A stretch of DNA of 64,000 nucleotides from NCBI GenBank assembly GCA_023474425.1, contig JAMCXX010000002.1:132217-196216 (forward strand). The letters run 5' to 3'. How positions within the stretch are numbered: position 1 is the stretch's first letter; every line of letters begins with the position of its first letter. Under the pieces are notes generated by a model that saw nothing but the letters and a program-made list of their open reading frames with translations, made no database searches and had not been told where the DNA came from. Source of the DNA: Patescibacteria group bacterium. GTDB lineage: Bacteria; Patescibacteriota; WWE3; JAMCXX01. This document shows positions 56,139-64,000 of the stretch, in pieces. Position numbers and translations under genes: made by a program.

Positions 56139-58082
56139 TTAATTCGTGTGGGGCTCGGGCGGCGGAGAGCCGCCGGAAGCTTCCACCGGAAAAGGCGGCT
56201 GTGTGGGGTTAATGTTCGGGACTGGGTTAGCCGGCACTTGAGTTGCGGGGTTGGGCCGCGCGCCATCTTTATTGAGCGAAGCCAGAATTTCTTTGGGAGA
56301 AGTGGTAATGAGCTTGTGTTCGGAAGGGGATGCCACCACCTGCATGGCCACGTGATTGGTGCCGGCAAAAAATAAACCTTCGCCAACATTGCAGGAAAGC
56401 AGAAATTTCTTTTCCCCGTCGGAGAGGTAAAAAACCTCCCCCAGTTTATCAATGGCCGCCGGGCTCTGTTTAAAAAGAACCTGCAGAGAAGAGTTGGTCA
56501 CGATCGCCTTGCCGTAGTCCGAGCTTAAAAAATCCTCCACATCTTGGGTGATTGTAGAAAGACCCAAGTAGTATTTGCGTGCCCTTTTGGCAATGGAGTA
56601 AATAAAGGTGGCCGATTCCGGGTACTGCATTAAGTACCATGCCTCATCAACCACAAGAATTCTTCTTTTAATTTCGCGGCGTATTTTTGTCCAAATATAG
56701 TCAAGAATAATGTACATGGCAATGGGGCGAAGCTGGTCTTCCAAGTCGCGGATGGAAAAAACGGTAAAGGTATTGCGGATGTTAATGTTTGAACGCTGGT
56801 CAAAAATGCCGACGAGAGAGCCTTTAATATAGCGCTCGAGCATGTCCGCCAGAGTTTTGGCGTCGGTATCTTCCATGGCCAGAAGAACTTTGTAAAGATC
56901 TTCCATAATCGGCGGTTCATTTTTTTGCGTTCCCGGGTCGGCGGTAATGCCTTTAAGTTTATAGGTGGCCACAAGCGCGCGGTCCAAGACAGCTTCCTGG
57001 GTGGCGCTAATGTTTTTAAAAATTATTTTAAGAAGGGTATGGAGCGATAGGATTTTTAGACCCAACTCGTTTTCGCCCTCTTCGTAGACGCCAGAGAGGT
57101 CGAAGGGATTAATCTTGGAGGGGCTATTGGGTGAGAAAGTTATATACTCGCCGCCGATAGCCTGGGTGAGTTTCTGGTATTCGGACTCGGGGTCAATGAC
57201 AATGATTTCCGCGCCGAACATAAGGGAACGGAGAGCCTCAAGTTTGACCATGTACGATTTACCGGCGCCGGACTTGGCAAAAATAACCATATTGGCGTTC
57301 TCCAGCGAAAAGCGGTCAAAAATAATCAAAGAACCGTTGTGCTCGTTAATGCCGTAAAGGGTGCCCTCATTGGCCGTCAGCTCCGAGGAAGTAAAGGGAA
57401 AAGTCGTGGCCAGCGAAGTTGTGTCCATGTTGCGGATAATGTAGAGCTTGTCGAGGCATAGTGGAATGGTTGAGGCGAAGGCGTCTTCCATTTGCAAGGT
57501 GGCGTGCTTGGAAAAAAGCAGAAGACTGCCCAAAACCGCTTCCACTCTTTTGGTTACGGTGTTGAGCTCCTCAAGCGATGAGGCGGGAATGGTGATGTAG
57601 AATGAGAACTGAAAAAATCTCTCAACGCCTTTGACCAGCTGTTCCTGAAGAGCTAAAGCGTCTTCCAGGGCGGCTTTAACCACCGGGTCGGTGACTTTGC
57701 CCTGCTCGCGGTCGGCGTTCATGGTTGCTTCCATTTCGGCAATCTTGCGCTTTAAATTGTCCAGAATTCCGTGGGAGGCCACCGGGTAGTAGAACATGGA
57801 AATGTCGAGCGTGTGGTCAAAGTTGATTAAGGGGGAGAGCCAGTTGGCCCCCACAAAACGCGGGTAGCCGGAAACAAAAATGGTGCGGAAGTAGCCATTG
57901 CCGATTTTCACATAGTCAAAGTCAACCTCCAAGGCGGATGGTGAAATAAGGTCGAGAATTTCGGTAATACCTTCGGCCACCTGGTTGGTCTTGAGGTTCA
58001 GCTCCTCGTCCCTGATTTTTGCGCTTTTCGCTGTATTTTGGTCAGCCGGACTTTTTTTATCTTTCCTGCCAAATAGTGCCAT
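56139..58082 (-). CDS. VirB4/TraC-like type IV secretion ATPase
   Basis: Walker A AKSGAGKSYMVK and Walker B ILVVDEAW. The N-terminal region (GYFRTIFVSGYPRFV..W) is typical of Gram-positive-type VirB4. Confidence 0.8.
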   Translation of the reverse strand: MALFGRKDKKSPADQNTAKSAKIRDEELNLKTNQVAEGITEILDLISPSALEVDFDYVKIGNGYFRTIFVSGYPRFVGANWLSPLINFDHTLDISMFYYPVASHGILDNLKRKIAEMEATMNADREQGKVTDPVVKAALEDALALQEQLVKGVERFFQFSFYITIPASSLEELNTVTKRVEAVLGSLLLFSKHATLQMEDAFASTIPLCLDKLYIIRNMDTTSLATTFPFTSSELTANEGTLYGINEHNGSLIIFDRFSLENANMVIFAKSGAGKSYMVKLEALRSLMFGAEIIVIDPESEYQKLTQAIGGEYITFSPNSPSKINPFDLSGVYEEGENELGLKILSLHTLLKIIFKNISATQEAVLDRALVATYKLKGITADPGTQKNEPPIMEDLYKVLLAMEDTDAKTLADMLERYIKGSLVGIFDQRSNINIRNTFTVFSIRDLEDQLRPIAMYIILDYIWTKIRREIKRRILVVDEAWYLMQYPESATFIYSIAKRARKYYLGLSTITQDVEDFLSSDYGKAIVTNSSLQVLFKQSPAAIDKLGEVFYLSDGEKKFLLSCNVGEGLFFAGTNHVAMQVVASPSEHKLITTSPKEILASLNKDGARPNPATQVPANPVPNINPTQPPFPVEASGGSPPPEPHTN

Positions 58083-58098
58083 ATGATTTAGGTCTTAC

Positions 58099-58791
58099 TC
58101 ATTGCCCTTCCACCGCCGCCTGAACTAAAGGCGCCGTGTATTCGGCTGCCTGGCCGCGCAGTCTTTCCTCGGCCGAAGTGTAAGGGTTGTAAATATCGTA
58201 AAAAAGCTCTACCAGCTCCTGCGTGTCGAGTTTTTTGGCTTTAATTCCCACCCGTGAGAGCTGTTTAATAATCAAATCTACCTTCGGCTCAAGTTGAATT
58301 TTCCCTTTGTCCAAAAGAGCCCGCCGATTAACCCGCGGCGCTTTTTTTTGCGGCAGCCCGAGGAAATTTAGAAAGGCGCTAAAAATAGAGGCCTCCGGTT
58401 TTAGGGAGACGTCCTGGTAGGGAACGACCACATAAAAACGTTTGTCCAGGACCTCGTTTTTGGAAATGAGCTCGGAAACATAGCCGCGGTAATTTTTAAT
58501 CTGCTCGCGAAGATAAGGGTTGGTCTGGCTCTGTTCAACCGATTCCAGACTCTCCACATAGCTGCTAATATCCATTTTTTTGGAGCGGATGACGATTTGA
58601 ATAGGGAAGGTTAGAGAGTTTAAAAATTGCGAATAGCCGGCAATCATGGCATCCTGCTCTATCTCTGATAGCAGGTCAAAATTGACGGCCGTGGTCTGAA
58701 TAACCGCCGCCGCCCCGTTGTTTTTGAGAAGAACATACCCTTCCCTTATGTCCTCAATATCAAGTCCTTCCTGGGTTGAAGCTAGTGCCAT
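58099..58791 (-). CDS. hypothetical protein, T4SS-module associated
   Basis: 230 aa, translationally close-packed between the PrgI-like and VirB4-like genes. No catalytic motif recognised. Confidence 0.4.
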   Translation of the reverse strand: MALASTQEGLDIEDIREGYVLLKNNGAAAVIQTTAVNFDLLSEIEQDAMIAGYSQFLNSLTFPIQIVIRSKKMDISSYVESLESVEQSQTNPYLREQIKNYRGYVSELISKNEVLDKRFYVVVPYQDVSLKPEASIFSAFLNFLGLPQKKAPRVNRRALLDKGKIQLEPKVDLIIKQLSRVGIKAKKLDTQELVELFYDIYNPYTSAEERLRGQAAEYTAPLVQAAVEGQ

Positions 58792-58794
58792 AAA

Positions 58795-60588
58795 TTAGAT
58801 TCCCACAAAATCCAACGGTTCCAGGACCTCGCCGAAGGCGTCAACATTCATTATAGCAAAGGTTTCTCCCGGCGCCGACGCCTCCACCGTGTAGTGCCCG
58901 TTGGGAACTACAGTGGTAATGGCAAACTGGCCCAAGGCGTTGGTCTTCAAGGCTCTCACCGGCGAGCCGTCGGCATCTTTAACAATAATGACGGCGTTTT
59001 TAATTAAGTCGCCGTTTTTGGCGCGCACATAGCCGCTAATCACGTTGGCCCGATCTTTAACAAACGGCGGCAAGCGGCCAATGCTTTTGGCGGCCGGTGA
59101 GGGAGCCGGTCCGCCGGCCGGCGGAGGCGGCGGGGTAAACCTCTGCTTAAGGCGCAGTTCGCGCATTTCTTTTTGTAGGTTAATTAAAGAGTCGGTGGCC
59201 TGGGTTTTTTCACGGGCCAGCTCCTCAACTCTATGTTCATTGTCTCTAATTTGTTTAATTAAATTCTCCCTATCCGATTGCGTATTGGTTGTAACCTCTT
59301 TAAGCTTAGAAAGTTCCGCTTGGGCCTGTCTAATTTCGTTGCTAAGTCTTGTGTTCTGTGCAGACATTTCGCTTGCCCGACGCTGGTACTCCTCGGCCAT
59401 GGCCGCCAGAGTTTCGGCTTCTTCTCTGGCTTTCTTTTGCTCCAGAAGTTCTTTGGCCAGATTTTCACGGTCGCGCCGCATTTTTTCCAACTCATCCTTA
59501 AGATAGCCTATTCTGGCGGCCTCCTCGCGCTGGGAAATGGTTTCCGGCGATTCGGAAGGCTCTACCGGCTTTGACTGAGTACCCGCCTCTGCCGGAGCCC
59601 CCGTTATATTGCTCTGCTTTGATAGAGTTGAATCATCATGTTTTGACTCTATAACGGTAGATCTGGGAGTAGTTTTTTGGGCTTCGGAAATTTTTTGGTC
59701 CACATCCACAATTCTTTGGGTCAGGTTTTCGGCCAGCTCCGAAGTTTTGGCAGGAGGAGCATCTTCCGGGCGGGAGAGGGAACGCTCGCCTTTAATAGCT
59801 ATGCCCACTTCACCTGGTTTAACCAGCCGCAGTCGGCGCCCGGAACGTACGTTTTGAATGGGGGTTACGAATTTTGGCGCTCCTCCGCTAAGGCTTGGCA
59901 GGCTAATCACCTTTTCCTGCGAAAAATTTATTTCCGAAGCAAGATTTTTGCCAAGCTTAACCTCGGCGCGGGGTTTAAAAGATTCGCGGTCGGAAACTGC
60001 TTCTCCCTCCGCCGGTTTAACGGTAGTGGTAGGCGCAGCCGAAGTTTTGGGGGCCAGAGAGGAAGGCACGGAAACTTCTGACTGCAGGAAAGAAACGCTT
60101 TTTAAGAATTCCTTTTCGGCCAGGTCTTCCGGTGTCAGATTGGCATCCGCCGTTTGGCGTAAGTATTCATTAAGCTGGGATTTGTCGCGCGGCAGGTAGT
60201 TTTGCTTTTCCTGCCTAATGGCGGTGTGTGCTTCCCGCAGTTCAAAAAAAACGTCCAGGTTGGCCGCCCCTTTTCGCCAGACCCGCTCGGTGGGGGAGGA
60301 GACAGCCATTAAAAAGTTCTTGAGCCAGACGTCGGCCGAACGGTCCTGAATGGGGACCAGAGACAAAAAAGCGCCGAAAATGGCCACAACGGCCGCCACG
60401 GGAGTTTTAATAAACGAGGGCATTCCGGAAGAGTAAATAATCCAGGCCAAAATTATAAATACAGCCAAAAGACCGAACTGACGCAGGGTCAGGCCGCCCA
60501 CGAGTTTAAACTCTACCCCCATTACGTTTTGGGGAATGGGGTGCTGCTGGTGTGTTTTTTGGGCCTCAAAAGAATCGTCGTTGGCCAT
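58795..60588 (-). CDS. PrgI/VirB3-like membrane protein fused to a long coiled coil, a Pro-rich linker and a C-terminal carboxypeptidase-regulatory-like beta-sandwich
   Basis: N-terminal GVEFKLVGGLTLRQFGLLAVFII plus a second TM helix (PrgI-like). A Glu/Lys/Arg/Ala-rich heptad region, then PPPPPAGGPAPSP, then ISGYVRAKNGDLIKNAVIIVKD..GQF..PNGHYTVEA. Confidence 0.55.
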   Translation of the reverse strand: MANDDSFEAQKTHQQHPIPQNVMGVEFKLVGGLTLRQFGLLAVFIILAWIIYSSGMPSFIKTPVAAVVAIFGAFLSLVPIQDRSADVWLKNFLMAVSSPTERVWRKGAANLDVFFELREAHTAIRQEKQNYLPRDKSQLNEYLRQTADANLTPEDLAEKEFLKSVSFLQSEVSVPSSLAPKTSAAPTTTVKPAEGEAVSDRESFKPRAEVKLGKNLASEINFSQEKVISLPSLSGGAPKFVTPIQNVRSGRRLRLVKPGEVGIAIKGERSLSRPEDAPPAKTSELAENLTQRIVDVDQKISEAQKTTPRSTVIESKHDDSTLSKQSNITGAPAEAGTQSKPVEPSESPETISQREEAARIGYLKDELEKMRRDRENLAKELLEQKKAREEAETLAAMAEEYQRRASEMSAQNTRLSNEIRQAQAELSKLKEVTTNTQSDRENLIKQIRDNEHRVEELAREKTQATDSLINLQKEMRELRLKQRFTPPPPPAGGPAPSPAAKSIGRLPPFVKDRANVISGYVRAKNGDLIKNAVIIVKDADGSPVRALKTNALGQFAITTVVPNGHYTVEASAPGETFAIMNVDAFGEVLEPLDFVGI

Positions 60589-60638
60589 AGCCTTATTTTA
60601 ACACCATTAAGCTTTAGCCCGCCTATAAACCTATAGCC

Positions 60639-60667
60639 TTGACTTTTGGGAATTTTGGTGCTATAAT
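60639..60667 (+). promoter_or_regulatory. near-consensus sigma70 promoter with extended -10 (TTGACT-17 nt-TGCTATAAT)
   Basis: -35 TTGACT at 60639-44, a 17-nt spacer and -10 TATAAT at 60662-67 preceded by TGC. It points toward the 893-aa gene, about 440 nt upstream of its ATG. Confidence 0.55.
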
Positions 60668-61106
60668 AATAAGGTATAGAAAGGTATTTTAAGAAAGCCT
60701 TTATAAAGGCTAAAAAAGCACTCTAATTCATTTAAGCCTTCGCACCCGTTTTGGGTTTTTGGAGAGACGAGATAAATTTGACCCGTTCGACAGGCTCAGG
60801 GCAAGCATCCGACAACCGATATTTAGAAGAAGCTAATAGGCAAAAAGTTCGTCCTCCAATACCAAAAGGGCGGTTTTTGGTTTGTCCGATTTGACTAATT
60901 TGCCTAATTGGTCAGATTGGACTAATCAGGGTCCGGCTCTTTGACAATTGAATAGTAAGGTTTAACCAGAACCTTTACCCGTCGCGAAGGGAGTAGAGAA
61001 AGATTGTTTCGCGTCAGGGTTTAATCTGGAATAAACGAGACGAAAGTCTCGAGAAAAATAAATCGAAGAAATAAAAATATCAATCAATGTCCAAAAGGAG
61101 GACAAG

Positions 61107-63788
61107 ATGTACGATTACGACGATCTCGACCAAATGGAGGTTGAGGCGATGGATGTAGACGAAGGAGCTCCGGCCGACGAAAAAGAAGCCGAGCGCCGAC
61201 GCCGCATCGCCGCCGTCCGGTCGCAGTACTTTAGCAACCTGGTCTTTGCCGGATTGCTCGAGGAGTACCGCGAAACGGGCGAGCCTATTGGCATTACCCC
61301 GCAGGAGTTGAAGGTTTTGCTAAAAAGCGAGCTTTCCTATTTCCTGCGCGATGACAAGCCGGAACGCATGGTCTGGTACGACCTAGCCGGTAAAAGTCAT
61401 CGGTTCCGTGTGGACGGCGATGAGACAGCTTTCTTTTTTGGTCCCTACGGACCTCTGGAGAAAGCGTCTAAGGATCCGAAGCATGAATACTTTGCCGTCT
61501 ATCGCAAGTACGAAGAGACGTATCCCCACCTCAAAAACAAGTGGGTGGAGAGAGTCGTTGAGTGGTCCAATCCCGACGACCCGGTTGACCCCAACGGTCA
61601 ATGGAAGGAAACGGGGTTGAAGGAATGGAAGACCACGTGGGTAGACAGAAACAACCACTACGCCGCAATGGGAATGCGTCGGAGCAACAAGCGTTTCGGA
61701 GTTGAGAAGATCGAGAATCCGGCTACCAAGGTGGAAGAAACGGTTCCGGAGGGGAAACGAACACGCGTCGGGGTCACCGAATTCTTTATGGAAGAGTGGC
61801 TGCGCCTCAAGAAGTTTTTGAGGGACGCTAATGCCACCAAAGATCCGGTTACAATCAAGCAGGCGCGGGCGGCGGTTTACGCTTACTGCCGGACCTACGC
61901 CGACTCCGACTGGAAAGGGTTTGTTGAGTGGGGCGGCAATGAAGTAGTGATGAAGTTCTTTAGGATGTCCCGCGAGCACGAAGATAAAACTTCGGTCGCC
62001 CGCGAGCTTAGCCGCTACGAACAAGCCCAGGACATAATCTCCGGTTCCATGCTTTACCAGTTTCTTGACCTCATTAAGATGACCAAGAAATTGCGCGAGA
62101 CCAGGCTAATCCGCGACCCGGCCACAGGCTTTACTGTCTACGACTGGAAGGACGCAGTAACCAAGACGGTTATCACCGGTTTTGTCTGCAGTGACAAAGC
62201 TACGGCCGTCCGCATCTTCTATCTCCTACAGCAAATCGCCGGTGGGGTTTCACCGAATGTGGATGAGCCGGTAACCCGCACACCGCGGGACGAAGCTGCT
62301 TTACTTCCAGACGCTCAAACCGGACCGGACTGGGAAGTTTTTGGCGACTTTTACCTGACCATCGAACCTTCGGTTATACCGGAGCGTAAACGGCCGACGA
62401 ACGTGCCGAGGACAGGGAGTGAGGAGTATTTCCGGTTCGAGGACGGCATGCGCCAACGGGTTCTTTGGTATTGGCTCGACCGAGCCGATGCCGAAACCAT
62501 TCGTGCTCTGAATCGACTTGAGGCGGACAATCTTCTTACCGTGAAGATTGTGGAGGATGCCTTCCGCTGGGACGGCAACGTTCGTTGCTATGCCCATTGG
62601 TCGGCGACTCCTGCTGGGGAAGCGCGCCGTCAGGCCTTGAGGCTTGATTATCACGAGCGTGCCTCCATCCAAGAAGAAACCAAGATGTTAGTTAACGGAG
62701 AGCGGGAGACCATGAAGTGGAGCGACGCCAACAAAGCGTTTGACTCCCGAGACGGTTTGTACTGGAGGCTCCCGCCCTTGCAGGCCGAGCGCCGGGACTA
62801 CTGGCTCGATTACATCGACCAGTTGCACTTCCGGTGGTTCACGCATCCCGAGTTGGGATTGGCGGCTTACGAAGGGACAGACAGATCCGCGGCGGAGAAA
62901 GCCTTCGTGGAGGGCTTTGGTAAGCATCACAAAGAGCTCTCCATCTTTGGCAATCGCGCCTACCCGCTCCTGCAGAATCTGTTCCGGTTTGCCGACGGGC
63001 GGACGGCTCTGGGTAACTTTCTCGAGTCGCGCGGCGCCAATGCCCGCGTGATGCAGCCTCCAAGAGATCCAAAATATGGGACCGGCTACGATCCCGACGC
63101 GCGTTGTGTTGGTCAGATCGTGAATGGTGCCTATGCCCGGCAACGTTTCGACGGTCACACTCATGGCGAAGATGTCATGATGTGTGAGGCCAAACATCCG
63201 GGCGAGAGTCCGCGGCAGCACTACATGCGTGTGCGCTACATGCGCAATATAGCGCGCATCATTCTCGGTTGGCTTAACCGCATGGTTGACAACGAGAACT
63301 GGCTCAACGACTACTACTCCCACCTACCTACTAAGATCCAGAATGCCCGGGAACTTCTCGATCTGAAACTCGAAATGATTAAGGGCGGTAACGCTAGAGC
63401 CGTCCTTATCATGACTTTCAGCGAATGGATTTTAGGTCAGGGAGGAAAGGACGAGGAGCGGGTGCGTTCCCTGGTCGAGAAGAAATTCGCAGCTATGGCC
63501 GACGTCCTTTTGCCCGGCGTTTCGGAAAAAGAGATCGAGGTGGTGGAAAGGGCTTCGGAGGACATGTGGCTCGATATGATGCTGCATGTTACCAAGTTCG
63601 TCTTACAGAGTATACGCTCGAAAGAGATTCGAGCCTCCCACATCGGAGAGACAGAAAAGGATCTTGTCCGGACGCTCGACTACGAGGTCTACGGGTATCT
63701 GCAAAAGAATCCCTGGGCCCGTGAAGGTTTGAGCCTCCAGTTCAAGGAGATTACTGGGCAAGATCTACGATGGGAGGGTTGGGATTGA
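61107..63788 (+). CDS. 893-aa orphan protein (no recognisable domain); acidic N-terminus, rich in Trp, Arg, Glu and Asp
   Basis: A 2.7-kb uninterrupted ORF with SD AAAGGAGGA 5 nt before the ATG. It looks GC-richer than its surroundings. I found no Walker, RuvC/HNH, DDE, HUH-with-Tyr or CxxC motifs. Confidence 0.8.
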   Translation: MYDYDDLDQMEVEAMDVDEGAPADEKEAERRRRIAAVRSQYFSNLVFAGLLEEYRETGEPIGITPQELKVLLKSELSYFLRDDKPERMVWYDLAGKSHRFRVDGDETAFFFGPYGPLEKASKDPKHEYFAVYRKYEETYPHLKNKWVERVVEWSNPDDPVDPNGQWKETGLKEWKTTWVDRNNHYAAMGMRRSNKRFGVEKIENPATKVEETVPEGKRTRVGVTEFFMEEWLRLKKFLRDANATKDPVTIKQARAAVYAYCRTYADSDWKGFVEWGGNEVVMKFFRMSREHEDKTSVARELSRYEQAQDIISGSMLYQFLDLIKMTKKLRETRLIRDPATGFTVYDWKDAVTKTVITGFVCSDKATAVRIFYLLQQIAGGVSPNVDEPVTRTPRDEAALLPDAQTGPDWEVFGDFYLTIEPSVIPERKRPTNVPRTGSEEYFRFEDGMRQRVLWYWLDRADAETIRALNRLEADNLLTVKIVEDAFRWDGNVRCYAHWSATPAGEARRQALRLDYHERASIQEETKMLVNGERETMKWSDANKAFDSRDGLYWRLPPLQAERRDYWLDYIDQLHFRWFTHPELGLAAYEGTDRSAAEKAFVEGFGKHHKELSIFGNRAYPLLQNLFRFADGRTALGNFLESRGANARVMQPPRDPKYGTGYDPDARCVGQIVNGAYARQRFDGHTHGEDVMMCEAKHPGESPRQHYMRVRYMRNIARIILGWLNRMVDNENWLNDYYSHLPTKIQNARELLDLKLEMIKGGNARAVLIMTFSEWILGQGGKDEERVRSLVEKKFAAMADVLLPGVSEKEIEVVERASEDMWLDMMLHVTKFVLQSIRSKEIRASHIGETEKDLVRTLDYEVYGYLQKNPWAREGLSLQFKEITGQDLRWEGWD

Positions 63789-63846
63789 TGGTAGAACTCA
63801 CAAAGTAGTTCCTCTTGGGGAGGATTATTCGAAAGGAGAGTGAAAG

Positions 63847-64000
63847 ATGGCATACTCATGGCCAAAAATGAGTCCAGGGCGGGCTGCCAAATATTGGCTG
63901 AAGAAGTACTCGCAGAACCCAGCTTGGCCAGCGGAGGCACTGACTCTAGAGTTCGGGGCCCTAAAGATCCCCGGCGCCATTAGTCTGATTCCGTTTGCCC
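63847..64000 (+). CDS. hypothetical protein, 5' part only (runs off the window end)
   Basis: My own translation: SD AAAGGAGAG, then ATG at 63847, MAYSWPKMSPGRAAKYWLKKYSQNPAWPAEALTLEFGALKIPGAISLIPFA.., open to base 64000. Confidence 0.5.
   Translation, partial: MAYSWPKMSPGRAAKYWLKKYSQNPAWPAEALTLEFGALKIPGAISLIPFA

Noticed and set aside
61383-62024. 213-aa minus-strand ORF inside the 893-aa gene (also 62688..63323 at 211 aa, and 62301..62672)
   Set aside because: These ORFs are antisense to a longer ORF that has a strong SD. Long spurious antisense ORFs are expected in GC-richer DNA. None has an SD or a recognisable motif.
61107-63788. The 893-aa protein plus its upstream structured RNA as a Cas12/TnpB/IscB-like RNA-guided nuclease
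   Set aside because: I found no RuvC-like D..E..D arrangement, HNH motif or zinc-finger CxxC pairs, and no repeat-spacer array or transposon ends. A GHTHGED stretch sits far from any N-terminal catalytic Tyr, so a HUH relaxase is also unlikely. The idea cannot be fully excluded without profile or structure searches.
1-64000. Alternative genetic code (UGA recoding, as in some CPR lineages), diversity-generating retroelements, and tRNA or rRNA genes
   Set aside because: Conserved genes terminate properly under the standard code, including at TGA (for example the HAD gene at 8199-8201). I saw no reverse-transcriptase motif or template/variable repeat pair, and no cloverleaf-like or rRNA-like sequence in the intergenic regions I read.

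Overview
The window looks like a chromosomal segment from a small-genome, CPR/Patescibacteria-like bacterium using the standard genetic code. That placement is inferred from gene content: FemAB pair, epimerase-DUF4012 fusion, PEGA/SH3 and G5/3D wall proteins, a PrgI/VirB4-like module and short aminoacyl-tRNA synthetases. All calls rest on by-eye motif recognition, since no searches could be run. The segment spans the replication origin region: dnaA (minus strand) diverges from rpmH-rnpA-yidD-yidC-jag-dnaN (plus strand), and perfect DnaA boxes sit at the 3' end of dnaA. Housekeeping genes include gap, trxA, rsmA, metG, valS, tsaD, groES/EL, rnhA, rplY, tatD, rmuC and two UvrD-type helicases. 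An envelope block (23.3-33.3 kb and 37-40.7 kb) holds a GT2 synthase, a WecA/MraY-like transferase, a UbiA-type transferase, O-antigen-ligase-like proteins and GH18. I saw no rRNA, tRNA or CRISPR array.

Main items worth a second look:
1. 60.6-64 kb: a near-consensus promoter, a ~430-nt structured untranslated leader and an 893-aa orphan protein in a GC-richer module that runs off the window, next to the T4SS-like genes.
2. 17.3-20.6 kb: a cassette holding a terminated mini-transcript or 30-codon ORF, a hairpin/pseudoknot leader, a 601-aa eukaryotic-glutathione-synthetase-like ATP-grasp candidate and an AstE/AspA-type deacylase.
3. A 48-nt duplicate of the tatD 5' end that flanks a 1.9-kb two-gene cassette.
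4. A dispersed family of heptanucleotide-period tracts (AAYTYYN) found between genes and in frame inside conserved genes.
5. A perfect 32-nt palindrome inside rsmA.
6. A helically phased TTCCCGCA motif array upstream of valS.
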